Source of the DNA: Candidatus Bathyarchaeia archaeon
GTDB taxonomy: Archaea; Thermoproteota; Bathyarchaeia; Bathyarchaeales; Bathycorpusculaceae
Reading direction: 5' to 3'
Assembly (NCBI GenBank): GCA_038883655.1
Contig: JAVZLQ010000003.1
Location: 160,001 to 224,000, forward strand
DNA length: 64,000 bases
Part shown: piece by piece, positions 9,657 through 19,943 of the stretch
How positions within the stretch are numbered: the stretch's first letter is position 1
Layout of the letters: each line of letters begins with the position of its first letter
Position numbers and translations under genes: made by a program
The notes under the pieces: model-generated
What the model saw: the letters and a program-made list of their open reading frames with translations, nothing else
What the model was told of the DNA's origin: nothing
The model's database searches: none

Positions 9657-11039
9657 ATGCAAATGTTGGGCGCGAGAAGACTTTTTGGAACAAACGGAAT
9701 CCGCGGAATAGTCAACAAAGAATTAACTCCCGAAATAGCAGCAAAAATCGGAGCGGCGATAGGAACATTCTTTAAACAGGGAAAATTGGTTGTGGGACAT
9801 GACGCGAGAACAAGTGGTCCCATGCTCACAAACGCGGTTATTGCTGGTTTAAATGCAGCTGGATGCGACGTGATTTTTGGTGGGATGGCGCCGACTCCAG
9901 CGCTGCAGTATGCAACAAAAAGCCGCGGAATGGATGGTGGCGTAATAGTAACCGCCTCGCATAACCCGCCAGAGTATAATGGAATAAAGGTTTTGTGGAG
10001 TGATGGAATAGAGCTTTCACGCGACCAAGAAATTAAAATTGAAGACATATTTTTTGATGGAAAGACAAGTTATATTGAATGGATGAATATTGGAAGAGTA
10101 AACGCAGCCAACGGCATAATCGACGAATATGTAGAGGCTGTAAAAAGGCATGTAAACGTTGATAAAATCGCTAAAAGGCGATATCACGTTGTTGTTGATG
10201 CTGCAAACAGCGTTGGCAACTTGGCAATACCGCGTTTAATCCGCGAATTGGGATGCAAAGTCACAACAATAAACGGAGACATCGATGGAACATTCCCTGG
10301 AAGATCGCCTGAACCGCGACCCGAAAATTTGGGCGAGTTAGCCTCGGCGGTGAGAGCTGTTAAAGCGGATTTTGGCGTTGCCTTTGATGGAGATGCTGAC
10401 CGCGCAATATTTGTTGACGAGCGAGGTGAAATTCACTGGGGAGACAAAACGTTTGCTTTGGTTGAAAAACATTTTTTAAAGCAAAACCCAGGCGAAAAGG
10501 TTGTGACACCAGTAAGTTCCTCAACTTTAATTAGCGACATAACTGACGCTTACGGCGGAAAACTTATCCTAACAAAGGTTGGCAGCATAACCGTTTCCCA
10601 AACAATGAAGAAACTGAAGGCTAAGCTTGGCGGGGAAGAAAACGGCGGAATATTTTATGGACCACATCAGCCGGTCAGGGATGGCGCAATGGCGACAGCC
10701 TTAATTTTGAATATTATGGCTGAGACCGGAAGGAAACTTTCAAATTTACTTGAGGAACTGCCAAAATACTTTATAGAAAAGGGGAAAGTTGCATGCCCAG
10801 AAAGTCTAAAGCAGAAAACGCTTGAGAAGCTTATAGAACAGGTTAAAGGTCAAAACATGAACACCATAGACGGAGTAAAATTATGGTTTGAAGACAAAAG
10901 CGCCATTCTTGTGAGACCAAGCGGCACAGAACCAATTTACAGATTGTACGCTGAAGCCAAAAGTAGGAAGAGAGCGAAGCAGCTTTTGGACGAGTATTCG
11001 TTGAAACTTAAAAAGATAATAAAAGGTTTAAAGGGTTAG
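9657..11039 (+). CDS. Phosphohexomutase (phosphoglucosamine mutase / PMM-PGM)
   Basis: FGTNGIRG, TASHNP, DGDADR, GGEENG, RPSGTEP. Confidence 0.92.
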   Translation: MQMLGARRLFGTNGIRGIVNKELTPEIAAKIGAAIGTFFKQGKLVVGHDARTSGPMLTNAVIAGLNAAGCDVIFGGMAPTPALQYATKSRGMDGGVIVTASHNPPEYNGIKVLWSDGIELSRDQEIKIEDIFFDGKTSYIEWMNIGRVNAANGIIDEYVEAVKRHVNVDKIAKRRYHVVVDAANSVGNLAIPRLIRELGCKVTTINGDIDGTFPGRSPEPRPENLGELASAVRAVKADFGVAFDGDADRAIFVDERGEIHWGDKTFALVEKHFLKQNPGEKVVTPVSSSTLISDITDAYGGKLILTKVGSITVSQTMKKLKAKLGGEENGGIFYGPHQPVRDGAMATALILNIMAETGRKLSNLLEELPKYFIEKGKVACPESLKQKTLEKLIEQVKGQNMNTIDGVKLWFEDKSAILVRPSGTEPIYRLYAEAKSRKRAKQLLDEYSLKLKKIIKGLKG

Positions 11040-11043
11040 GAAA

Positions 11044-12417
11044 ATGTCCTTAAACGTTTTACATTTAAAGCAAGAAGACTTGGATACATTAGAAAAACGT
11101 GCAAACTATACGGTGAGTGTTGTTGGTTGCAAACATGCTGGTGTTTTTCACGCATGGCTGGCAATTGAAAAGGGATTCAAAGTTTACTGTGCAGATGCAG
11201 ATAGAACGGTGCTAAATGGCATTGCAAAAGGAAAGATGCCCTTTATACAGAATGAAATAGCATTGAAAATGAAAAACTGCGTAAAAAGTGGGATACTAAA
11301 CTTAACGACAGACATCAAAATGGCTGCAGCGCAAAGTAACATAATCATCATAACGATTCCCGTAGAAGTAGATGATAAGGGAAAAGCTAATTATTCAAAA
11401 ATTGAAAATGTGTGCAAACAAGTGGGGCTGGGTTTTCGCCGCGGTTCCCTAGTAATTCTTACAAGCACCGTTGGTGTTGGCATAGTACAATCCTTAATAA
11501 GGGAAAGTTTGGAAAACGCTTCTGGGCTTAAATGTGGAGTGGATTTTGGACTAGCCTACAGTCCAATTAAATCTTTGGACGGACAAATGCCGGAGGCAAT
11601 AAGGAAAGGCGAAAGAGTCGTTGCGGCATTCGACATGAACAGCTTAAACGCAGCATCAACCTTTTTAGAAGCTATTACCGAGTGCGCTTTAAAGAAGACA
11701 TTGAACGTGAAGGCTGCCGAAGTCGCAGCGATTTTTGAAGCAATACAGAATAACGTAAATGTTGCCCTTGCTAGGGAGTTTGCAGTATTCTGTGAAAAAG
11801 CTGGAATAGACCACATGGAAGTCGCTAAGCTTTCACGGAGTGAGACAGTCCTTCGGTTTTCTGCGGCGTATTTTGATGATACGTATTGCGTTGAACCACG
11901 CTTCTTCTTTGAGGATTCTGAAACATTTAACATTAAAGCGCGTATTCTGAAAGCTGCTAATGATGTAAATGCGGCAATGGCAAAGCATGCTGCAAACTTG
12001 GTTAGGGATGCCTTAAAAGGCTGTTCTAAAACCATGCGAAGGGCAAGAATCGCCGTTTTAGGGATTACACGTTTAAGAAACACGAAAGCTCCATGGAAAG
12101 GTGCAGCATTAGAACTAATTAGGATGTTGAACGCGGTAGGTGCAAGGCTCAGCGTTTATGATCCATATGTTACGGTTGAGGAGGCACATGAAATTTCAAA
12201 TTTAAAGAGAAGTTTGGTGGACGCCCTAGAGGGAGCGGACTGCGCCGTAATATTGACTGGCCATGAAGTGTTCAGGAGCTTAAACTTGAAAGAACTGAAG
12301 GTTATAATGAAGATGCCAGCCGCTATTGTGGATTTGGAGGGAATAGTTGAGCCATTTACGGTTGAAAAGGAAGGGTTCATATACCGTGGTTTGGGAAGGG
12401 GTGTGTGGACAAAATGA
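11044..12417 (+). CDS. Nucleotide-sugar dehydrogenase homolog (UDP-ManNAc/UDP-Glc DH family) with degenerate catalytic motifs
   Basis: Overall layout (STV, LE..SGL..G.DF.LAYSP, VNVALA.E, YDPYV, ILTGH..F) matches the family; GxGxxG, catalytic Lys and GGxC altered. Confidence 0.75.
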   Translation: MSLNVLHLKQEDLDTLEKRANYTVSVVGCKHAGVFHAWLAIEKGFKVYCADADRTVLNGIAKGKMPFIQNEIALKMKNCVKSGILNLTTDIKMAAAQSNIIIITIPVEVDDKGKANYSKIENVCKQVGLGFRRGSLVILTSTVGVGIVQSLIRESLENASGLKCGVDFGLAYSPIKSLDGQMPEAIRKGERVVAAFDMNSLNAASTFLEAITECALKKTLNVKAAEVAAIFEAIQNNVNVALAREFAVFCEKAGIDHMEVAKLSRSETVLRFSAAYFDDTYCVEPRFFFEDSETFNIKARILKAANDVNAAMAKHAANLVRDALKGCSKTMRRARIAVLGITRLRNTKAPWKGAALELIRMLNAVGARLSVYDPYVTVEEAHEISNLKRSLVDALEGADCAVILTGHEVFRSLNLKELKVIMKMPAAIVDLEGIVEPFTVEKEGFIYRGLGRGVWTK

Positions 12418-13370
12418 GAAAAGTTGGAGTGGCAGTTATAGGCACAGGTTTTTGGGGTAGAAATCACGCGAGAATTTACAAGGAACTGGCTGAAACAGAG
12501 TTGCTGGCTGTCTGCGACATTGATTCTGAAAGAGCAAAAGCCGTGGCAAAACAGTTTGGAGTAAAGCCATACACGCGAACCGAAAGAATGGTGAAAATAA
12601 AGGAAATAGAAGCTGTCAGTATCTGCACGTGGTCAACAAGCCTAGCAAAGGAAGCCATGAAAGCCATAAAAGCTGGAAAACATGTCCTAATCGAGAAGCC
12701 AATGGCAACAAATATCAAACAAGCAAAACAACTGCTGGAGGCAGCGGAAAAGGAAAATGTGCACATAACTGTTGGCTTTTTGATGCGCTTCATTCCAGGG
12801 ATACAACATATTAAAAAGGCAATAGAAGACAAAACGATCGGAGAGCTTGTGTGCGCCACAGCGAAGAGGGTTTCTGAGTGGCCAGAAAGGATTGGGGATG
12901 TTGGTGTTGTTAAGGACACAGCAATCCACGACATAGATGTAATGCGGTATCTTTTTGGAGATGAGCCGATAGCCGTTTTTGCAAAAACTGGGAGTATGAA
13001 GCATAGGAAGTTTGAGGACTATGCACAAATAATGTTGACTTTTGAGGCTGGAAAGAGCGCCTTCATAGAGTCGAACTGGCTTACACCTTACAAAACGCGG
13101 ATATTGACCGTTACTGGAAGCGCCGCTATAATGAAGCTTGACTATATAACGCAGGAACTGACTGTGGAAAGCGCGAAAGAAACTGTGCAGCCTCGGATTG
13201 CATGGCGAGAACCGCTGAAGCTTGAATTGCAACATTTTGCAAGATGCGTTTTAGGTAAAGAAAAACCGCTTATAACTGGTGTTGACGGTTTGAAAGCCTT
13301 GGAAATAGCTGAAGCAGCTTTAAGGTCTTCGGCTAAAGGCAGAGTAGAAAAGTTAAAGAAGAACTTATAA
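12414..13370 (+). CDS. Gfo/Idh/MocA family oxidoreductase (probable nucleotide-sugar 3-dehydrogenase)
   Basis: IGTGFWG..H, HVLIEKPM, VGFLMRF.P, D.AIHDID. Confidence 0.88.
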   Translation: MRKVGVAVIGTGFWGRNHARIYKELAETELLAVCDIDSERAKAVAKQFGVKPYTRTERMVKIKEIEAVSICTWSTSLAKEAMKAIKAGKHVLIEKPMATNIKQAKQLLEAAEKENVHITVGFLMRFIPGIQHIKKAIEDKTIGELVCATAKRVSEWPERIGDVGVVKDTAIHDIDVMRYLFGDEPIAVFAKTGSMKHRKFEDYAQIMLTFEAGKSAFIESNWLTPYKTRILTVTGSAAIMKLDYITQELTVESAKETVQPRIAWREPLKLELQHFARCVLGKEKPLITGVDGLKALEIAEAALRSSAKGRVEKLKKNL

Positions 13371-13385
13371 CGCGTTATACGCCCT

Positions 13386-13417
13386 GTCAATTTGAATTGC
13401 GAAAATTCTGAATTGAC
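13386..13417. terminator. Hairpin between convergent genes (possible terminator)
   Basis: GTCAATT (13386-92) / AATTGAC (13411-17) with inner GAATT/AATTC stem. Confidence 0.35.
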
Positions 13418-13449
13418 GGCCCTCAATTTTTCACGATTAAACATCCCGT

Positions 13450-13731
13450 TTATTGATGTTTGCTTTTAATGTTGAATGGTTTACCTTCGGATAAAATTTT
13501 TTCCGGAATTTTCTCTTTCCATTTTTTCAGGAAAGGTAAATCCTCGCTTTCTTTTCGAAGCTCGTCGGGTAGCATTTCTGGAATCTCATCGCGTATGGGA
13601 TACCACCTCAAACATTTTGGGCAAACGATTAAGCCCTCAACGATTTCGTCCTTTTCCTCGAACACGTAGAGCTCCAACGGATAATGTTTATCAATTGGAC
13701 ACGCAAGGATTTCCATAAGCTTTCGCTTCAT
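13450..13731 (-). CDS. Trm112 family methyltransferase activator
   Basis: LMEILACPIDK..PL, GLIVCPKCLRWYPI.DEIPEML. Confidence 0.88.
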   Translation of the reverse strand: MKRKLMEILACPIDKHYPLELYVFEEKDEIVEGLIVCPKCLRWYPIRDEIPEMLPDELRKESEDLPFLKKWKEKIPEKILSEGKPFNIKSKHQ

Positions 13732-13793
13732 ATTACATCAATTCCAAGTATTTTGCTTTAAACTATAAAACATTTTATGTCCGCCCAAAATCT

Positions 13794-14687
13794 TTAGGGT
13801 TTAACTTTAATGTCTAAAACAACTTGATACCAGTTTGGACCTGTATTCCTAACAACTCGTCCAAATGGTATTTCAAAATTAACGCCTAAGTCGGTTAGTC
13901 TATTAGCAACTTTTATCTTGACTTTCGCAGCGGCATCCTCGTTTTTGCTCGCGTGTTCAAAATCGTAATAGTGTATCCATCCGCCATTTTCCTTAAGCGC
14001 TAATAGAGCGCAGGACAGATATTCAAAGGCTCTTTCCGGGAGCGGCATTAAAACGCGATCGGCAACGTGGCAAAGTTTTTCTTTAATTATTTCTTTTGCG
14101 TCGCCAAGCATAGGCACAACTTTACCGTAAACTCTGTTCAGCCTTATATTTTCCTTCATGTAATCAACTGCCACAGGGTTGATGTCGATTGAATACGCTT
14201 TTGAAACATCGGAGTGCTTTGCTATGATTATTGAGAAGCAGCCAACACCAGCAAACATGTTTACGACTGTTTCTCCACCTTTCACTTGTCTTGCAATGCG
14301 CATTCTTTCATAAAATAGCCTTGGAGAAAAGTAACACCTTTGAACGTCAACGTGGAAGACGCATCCAGACTCTTTATGAAAAGTGCTTGTCTTATGCTCA
14401 CCAGCAATATGTTCTAAGGCGCGAAGCCTAAATTCTCCGGTAACTGGTCCCGTTTGCGCCAGAACTGTTCGCACATTTTTATGTATGCCCATCAGCGTTT
14501 CCGCGATAACTTCGCCGTGCTTTTTTGATTGTGATGTTAGGCGTATTATTGCTATGTCTCCGACAATGTCGTAGGAGCTATACAAATGTGCAAGTTCGCT
14601 TGGAGAAAGCACAGTTGCCAACGCGTTTTTCAAGCTTTTCCTCAAGGCTATTTCATCCTTCACTAAATTAGTTGCGTTTGGAAACAT
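13794..14687 (-). CDS. Trm5/Taw2 (Met-10+) family tRNA methyltransferase
   Basis: YDIVGDIAI, HKESGCVF.VD, YFSPRL..ER, NMFAGVG.F, DINP.A, RVLMPLP; true start may be downstream. Confidence 0.85.
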   Translation of the reverse strand: MFPNATNLVKDEIALRKSLKNALATVLSPSELAHLYSSYDIVGDIAIIRLTSQSKKHGEVIAETLMGIHKNVRTVLAQTGPVTGEFRLRALEHIAGEHKTSTFHKESGCVFHVDVQRCYFSPRLFYERMRIARQVKGGETVVNMFAGVGCFSIIIAKHSDVSKAYSIDINPVAVDYMKENIRLNRVYGKVVPMLGDAKEIIKEKLCHVADRVLMPLPERAFEYLSCALLALKENGGWIHYYDFEHASKNEDAAAKVKIKVANRLTDLGVNFEIPFGRVVRNTGPNWYQVVLDIKVKP

Positions 14688-14725
14688 TTAAAAGCAAAAC
14701 GCCTTCTTTTGATAAGGGGATAATC

Positions 14726-14887
14726 ATGGCTAAAACTGGAATTGTATACGAGTGTGTAAGGTGCGGAGCAAAAGTTTCACCAGAAGATTTGGAGCTCCGC
14801 GGTGGGGAAATAAAGTGCACGACTTGCGGCTACAGAATTTTAAGGAAGATAAAGCCTCCTGTTGTCAAGCGGATCAAAGCAAAATAA
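14726..14887 (+). CDS. rpoP: DNA-directed RNA polymerase subunit P (Rpo12)
   Basis: YECVRCG...IKCTTCGYRIL.K.KPPVVKRIKA; ATG at 14726 after GGGGA RBS. Confidence 0.93.
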   Translation: MAKTGIVYECVRCGAKVSPEDLELRGGEIKCTTCGYRILRKIKPPVVKRIKAK

Positions 14888-14917
14888 AAAGAGAGAGTGA
14901 ACCGTTAGTAGGATGTT

Positions 14918-15232
14918 CTAAAAGATTTCTTTTTCGCCTATTTTGCGAAGCGCCCTGCCGCGAAGCTTTATTGCGGGTCCAACAACTTCCTCTGGCGGTT
15001 TTTCAACAGTTTTCCTTTTCACAGTTTCACCGCATATTCCCCTAGGAAGTAGGCGCCTCTTAACGCAAATGGCGTATCTGCAGTTTGCAACGTCGCATAC
15101 CTCTTCAGTCCATCTACACCAAACACCATCACGCCTGTAGACTGCAGCATTCTGGGTGCACTTGAAGGCTTGACATGTTGGAGAACAAGCTTTTCCTTGC
15201 GCCAACACACGCACAACCCTTGTTATTTTCAA
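14918..15232 (-). CDS. Small Cys-rich hypothetical protein (probable metal binding)
   Basis: 8 Cys within ~55 aa (CSPTC..FKC...WCRW....C....C.YA.C......G.C) and a basic C-terminus; start may be a TTG near 15205. Confidence 0.6.
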   Translation of the reverse strand: MKITRVVRVLAQGKACSPTCQAFKCTQNAAVYRRDGVWCRWTEEVCDVANCRYAICVKRRLLPRGICGETVKRKTVEKPPEEVVGPAIKLRGRALRKIGEKEIF

Positions 15233-15304
15233 AACTTTCGCATCAACAGCTCTCTAAAATATTCTTACAAAGAGAGAATATTAAACCTTTTTCTATACAA
15301 CTCC

Positions 15305-17476
15305 TTATTTCCGCTCCTCTTTAGGCCCTTGACTCTTGAAACTCTTTCTCCTATAAACTTCCAAGGCTATTATGAATAGGGCTGTTATGGCAACTATTAT
15401 TGCAGTAGCCAAGTTACCCGTATCAACAATAAAGCCTGCTAGAACAACATATCTATCAATTTTGATGGTGAGCACTGTGGGAGCCACTACATTAGCTATT
15501 TTGGTAATACACGGCTCCAATTGGCCGGGCATGTATACGGCTATATGGATTTCTCCTCCAATAGCATTTTGGAATGTAACTGTGCCGCCTGAGTCCGTTT
15601 GTTTAGAATCTTGTAGTGAATCATGGCGTAATATTACGTTGGCGCCAGATATTGGTTGACCAAAGTAATCAACAACTTTAACTGTTATGTTTAAGCCGTA
15701 AAGCTGACATTTCACTGTTACATTAAATTCAACATCGCCAGAAGTTAAATCAAATACCGTTTCATTTAAGAGTATATTGCTAAAGAAAATTTTGACAGAG
15801 TATCTTCCGAAAGTGCAGTTTAAGGTGGCATTTCCGTTAACAGCCTCTCCTTCAGTAAACAATCCAACGGTTAGCTCTTGGGCTCTCAATGTTGCCGATG
15901 GAATTGGCTGGTTATTTGCATCTAAAACTTGAATGTTAAGCCTTCTGGTTGGATAAAGAACTGTCACGTTAACGTATTCGGCAACTGGTAAATCTGGAAT
16001 AGTGTTGTTGCCAATGTTAAAAACCAGCCCATAAAGTGAGGCATTAACCACGCAAGTCACGTTGGTAAGCACAGTTGGAAAAACAATCAGGCCATTAAGG
16101 TCTGTTCGATTGGATTCGGTGGCAGTTTTGTTTTCTGGCATGCCGTAGTTTGTAGTGTAATTATAAGTGAGTGTTATGTTCACGTTTGGAATGCGCACGC
16201 CACGCTCATTTTCAACAATTATGTTTAGACTTGTTATGTTACAAGTGAAGGAAAAGTTTAAGGTGGCTTCTCTCGTAACGCTGAACAGAAAACCATCACC
16301 AACCTTCACATCCTTAAAGTAAGTTTCAGCTGTATAATCACCTATCTCAAGCATGAAGTTGGTGTATCCGCCTGCCCCACTGCGGTTTGTATGGTAAATA
16401 TTTGCAGAGACATCGTGCAACTTCACTAAGACATCTGGAACACTTTTTCCTGCAAGGTTAAGCGTATAAACAGTTGTGCTAAAGCCTGGAACATTAAATA
16501 TCTGGGTGTCTGTGAAGTTCTTGGCTGTTGGCACTGGCGTTATGGTCACATTGTAGGTGTGGGTTGCGTTGCTTACAAGCATATTATTTGGAACAAGCCA
16601 ATCATAGTTTACTGTTCCATCTGTAACATTGTAGGGTATGGTGTCTATAGCGGTATTTCCAAACTTTATTTCAATTGTAACGTTCTCGTTAACTGGATAG
16701 TTAACTGCTTTGATGTTGACAATGTCACCTCGATGATAGACACTTGCGTTTGTAATGCCAACGAAAAACTGGTCTCCTGTAAAGGTTTCATTGAAAAAAA
16801 TCTTATAGTATCCGGTGAAGTTTGTGTTTGCGCCTTCCACGAAATCATCTGGGTATGCGACGTTAAAGAAGCAAGTTCCAGAAACATCAGTTGTAATGTT
16901 GATGTCATTTCGCAAGGTGTAGTTCAAGTCTTCGCGTGGCGTTTGAACCTTAATTTTCGGATATGTGTAATTAGCCAAGCCTCCAGTGATATTAACTGTG
17001 ATTATTAAGCTTGCGCCTTCTTGCAGTTGTGCGGGAGGCTCTGGAACTTGAGGCTTAAACGACTGGAACGTTAAAATGGTAAAGCTTCCGGTGTCGTTTT
17101 CTCCCATCGCATCAATTAGCGTAATGTTGTGGGCGCCTTGCGGCGCATGTGGTATTATAAAGCTTACAGTTACGTTGTTTTCTGTGGCTTCTCCGCTTAA
17201 AATTTCATTTTCATCAAATAATATTCTATAAGTGCCAGTAGTGCTCACATTAGCCGTTAACGTGACATTTGTTCCAACATACCCGGAAGTGGGATTTATA
17301 GAGACTATTTTTGTTTCAGCCTTTGCCGAAGGTAGAAGTGAAAATGTAAACATTATTGATGACAGTAGAAGTAACAAGAATAAGATTGATTTAATTTTGT
17401 TTGGCGCAGTTGTTTTCAAAGCATGTTCCCTCTGAAACGCATGTGAGATGTGAACACTTCTAATACTAGGGAGCAT
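15305..17476 (-). CDS. Secreted/membrane-anchored surface glycoprotein with Ig-like and carboxypeptidase-regulatory-like repeats
   Basis: Signal peptide (LFLLLLLSSIMFTFSLLPSAKA), repeated V.V.D..G.PI..A.V / TD.NG units, many NxS/T sequons, C-terminal TM + RRK. Confidence 0.75.
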   Translation of the reverse strand: MLPSIRSVHISHAFQREHALKTTAPNKIKSILFLLLLLSSIMFTFSLLPSAKAETKIVSINPTSGYVGTNVTLTANVSTTGTYRILFDENEILSGEATENNVTVSFIIPHAPQGAHNITLIDAMGENDTGSFTILTFQSFKPQVPEPPAQLQEGASLIITVNITGGLANYTYPKIKVQTPREDLNYTLRNDINITTDVSGTCFFNVAYPDDFVEGANTNFTGYYKIFFNETFTGDQFFVGITNASVYHRGDIVNIKAVNYPVNENVTIEIKFGNTAIDTIPYNVTDGTVNYDWLVPNNMLVSNATHTYNVTITPVPTAKNFTDTQIFNVPGFSTTVYTLNLAGKSVPDVLVKLHDVSANIYHTNRSGAGGYTNFMLEIGDYTAETYFKDVKVGDGFLFSVTREATLNFSFTCNITSLNIIVENERGVRIPNVNITLTYNYTTNYGMPENKTATESNRTDLNGLIVFPTVLTNVTCVVNASLYGLVFNIGNNTIPDLPVAEYVNVTVLYPTRRLNIQVLDANNQPIPSATLRAQELTVGLFTEGEAVNGNATLNCTFGRYSVKIFFSNILLNETVFDLTSGDVEFNVTVKCQLYGLNITVKVVDYFGQPISGANVILRHDSLQDSKQTDSGGTVTFQNAIGGEIHIAVYMPGQLEPCITKIANVVAPTVLTIKIDRYVVLAGFIVDTGNLATAIIVAITALFIIALEVYRRKSFKSQGPKEERK

Positions 17477-17606
17477 TTTAACTTTACTTTCAATAACATA
17501 GCTTAGAGCTATCTTATACATAACTAGAGCCGTGAAAAATGTCAAGAAATTTGGGCGTAAAATAGAAAAGTAAATTTGTACGCGCGGTAAATTTTGCACA
17601 TTTGCG

Positions 17607-18797
17607 GTGATTGGAGTGATTGAGGAAATTCTCTCCTTGGCTGAGCAGCATGAAGAATGGCGCGGAAAGCAGTGCCTAAATCTTATTCCTTCAGAAAACG
17701 TGATGAGTCCATCCGTCCGAAAACTTCTCTCTTCAGAATTCGGAAACCGCTACACAGCAAGAGACCGCTTTTACATGGGAACACGCTTTCTAGATGAAGT
17801 TGAAGCGTGCGGAGAAAAACTTGCAAAAGATGTTTTTAAGTCCGAAGTAGCTGATTTGCGCCCACTTTCTGGACACATTGCAGACCTAATATTCATAGCT
17901 AACTTCACAAAGCCAAAAGACACGCTCATGTGCGTATCTCCAGACGACGGCGGATATCCTGGAATGTGGAAAGAAGGATTAGCTGAACTATTAAAATTAA
18001 ACGCGATACCCTTCCCCTTTTCCAAACGTGACATGAGCATTAAAGTAGAAGAAGCAAAGGAAACAATTAAACGTGTCAAGCCAAAACTTGTTGTTTTCGG
18101 CGCAAGCATAATCGTTTTCCCACAGCCAGTTAAAGAGCTGGCAGAAACTGCCAAGGAAAACGGAGCAGTTGTCGGATTTGATGGTTCGCATGTCTTGGGA
18201 TTGATTGCTGGAGGACAATTCCAAGACCCATTAAGGGAGGGGGCACATGCACTTTTCGGGTCAACTCACAAAACATTCTTTGGACCACAAGGTGGAATTA
18301 TCTTGGCGGATAGGAAGCATGGAGAAATTCTCAAGGAGAAAATTTATCCAGCTTTTGTGGATAATGCGCATTGGAACCGTATTGCAGCGTTAACCCTAGC
18401 TTTGGCTGAAATGAAAAAGTTCGGCAAAGCCTACGCAAGACAAGTTATACGAAATGCGCAAGAGTTGGCAAGGGCGCTGCATGATTTTGGGCTTCCGGTT
18501 GCATGTGAACATTTAGGCTTTACGAAGTCGCATCAGGTTCTGCTGAATTATGGCGATTATGAAGGGGGTCGAGCAAAGGCAGAGAAGCTTCAGCATGCAA
18601 ACATAATTGTTGACTGCGTCATCAGGATTGGCACATGCGAAGTTACGAGACGCGGGATGAAAGAGGCTGAAATGCATAGAATAGCCGAACTAATTAAGAG
18701 AGTGCTTATTGATGAAGAAAAACCTGAAAATGTTAAGAGGGATGTCGCCAAACTCTGCGCTGAATTCCAAAGACTGGAATATTGCTTTGACGAGTGA
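17607..18797 (+). CDS. glyA: Serine hydroxymethyltransferase
   Basis: LNLIPSEN, DLRPLSG, DGSHVLGLIAGGQF, STHKTFFGPQGG, RIGTCEVTRRG. Confidence 0.92.
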   Translation: MIGVIEEILSLAEQHEEWRGKQCLNLIPSENVMSPSVRKLLSSEFGNRYTARDRFYMGTRFLDEVEACGEKLAKDVFKSEVADLRPLSGHIADLIFIANFTKPKDTLMCVSPDDGGYPGMWKEGLAELLKLNAIPFPFSKRDMSIKVEEAKETIKRVKPKLVVFGASIIVFPQPVKELAETAKENGAVVGFDGSHVLGLIAGGQFQDPLREGAHALFGSTHKTFFGPQGGIILADRKHGEILKEKIYPAFVDNAHWNRIAALTLALAEMKKFGKAYARQVIRNAQELARALHDFGLPVACEHLGFTKSHQVLLNYGDYEGGRAKAEKLQHANIIVDCVIRIGTCEVTRRGMKEAEMHRIAELIKRVLIDEEKPENVKRDVAKLCAEFQRLEYCFDE

Positions 18798-18848
18798 AAC
18801 TGTTTTATTAGGTGCGTTTTTATGCTATTATCATATGAGTGAGAAACT

Positions 18849-19805
18849 TTGGAAAACGCTGCTCCACAGGCACTCATACAGGCGCTGAAAAGGCAAAAGT
18901 ACCACATAATAGGCAAGCATTCAGCCGTGAAAAGATGCAGATGGTTTTACGAAACCCTGATCAATGATAGACCATGCTATAAACAGAAGTTTTACGGCAT
19001 AAAAACACACCAGTGTATACAAATGACCCCAGCGCTCTTCTATTGCACACAACAATGCCTATTCTGCTGGAGGGCACAAACTGGCGACTTAAAGATTAAC
19101 TGGGACGAAACGCGACTGCCATATTGGGACTCACCCGAATTTATAGTGGAAGAAAGCATCAAAGCTCAGCTTAAAATTCTAAGCGGATACAAAGGCAACC
19201 CAAAAGCGGACAAACAAAAGTTTATGGAGGCTTCCACACCCAGACACGCCGCTATAAGTTTAACTGGTGAACCCACGCTGTATGGGCATATAAGCGACTT
19301 GATTAAGGCATTTCACAAAAGAGGATTTACAACATTTCTTGTATCTAATGGAACATTGCCCCAAGTTTTAGCAAATCTTGAAGAGGAACCCACACAGCTT
19401 TACATATCTGTCTGTGCCCCAGATGAAAAAACATTCAAGAAGGTTTGCCGTCCACAAATTCCAAATGCTTGGGAAAAGCTTAACGAGACTTTGGAACGCT
19501 TGCCCAGCTTTAAGTGTCCAACTGTTATCAGAATAACTTCAGTGAAGGATTTGAACATGAAAAACATTGAAGGTTACGCAAGGCTGATTGAAAAGGCAAG
19601 TCCAACTTATGTTGAGCCAAAAGCTTACATGCACGTTGGATTCTCACGGCTGCGTTTAGGTTTTGAAAACATGCCAAGCCACAGGGAAATACGCGATTTT
19701 GCATACAAGATTGCAGAGAAAACAGGTTATAATGTTCTGGATGAGGCGCCGGAAAGCAGAGTTGTACTGTTAGGTAAAGTACAGCGCACCATTAGATTCG
19801 GATAG
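18849..19805 (+). CDS. taw1: 4-demethylwyosine synthase TYW1/Taw1 (radical SAM)
   Basis: HSAVK.C.W, CYKQKFYGI.TH.C.QMTP, CTQQCLFCWR, AISLTGEPT, EPKAYMHVG.SR. Confidence 0.93.
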   Translation: MENAAPQALIQALKRQKYHIIGKHSAVKRCRWFYETLINDRPCYKQKFYGIKTHQCIQMTPALFYCTQQCLFCWRAQTGDLKINWDETRLPYWDSPEFIVEESIKAQLKILSGYKGNPKADKQKFMEASTPRHAAISLTGEPTLYGHISDLIKAFHKRGFTTFLVSNGTLPQVLANLEEEPTQLYISVCAPDEKTFKKVCRPQIPNAWEKLNETLERLPSFKCPTVIRITSVKDLNMKNIEGYARLIEKASPTYVEPKAYMHVGFSRLRLGFENMPSHREIRDFAYKIAEKTGYNVLDEAPESRVVLLGKVQRTIRFG

Positions 19806-19943
19806 TTGTTGATGCTACTCGCAACTAATCCATTTTTAAGTTAACTTTCATATAAACAGCTTTTTCATCAATTGGTGAGAATAAAACTTATATAACACGC
19901 TTTTTATTACGCTTTAAACTTAAAATTAAATCGAGGTGGAACG

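Noticed and set aside
11556-13235. Several 150-180 aa minus-strand ORFs
   Set aside because: Antisense to well-supported sugar-pathway genes; typical codon-mirror ORFs
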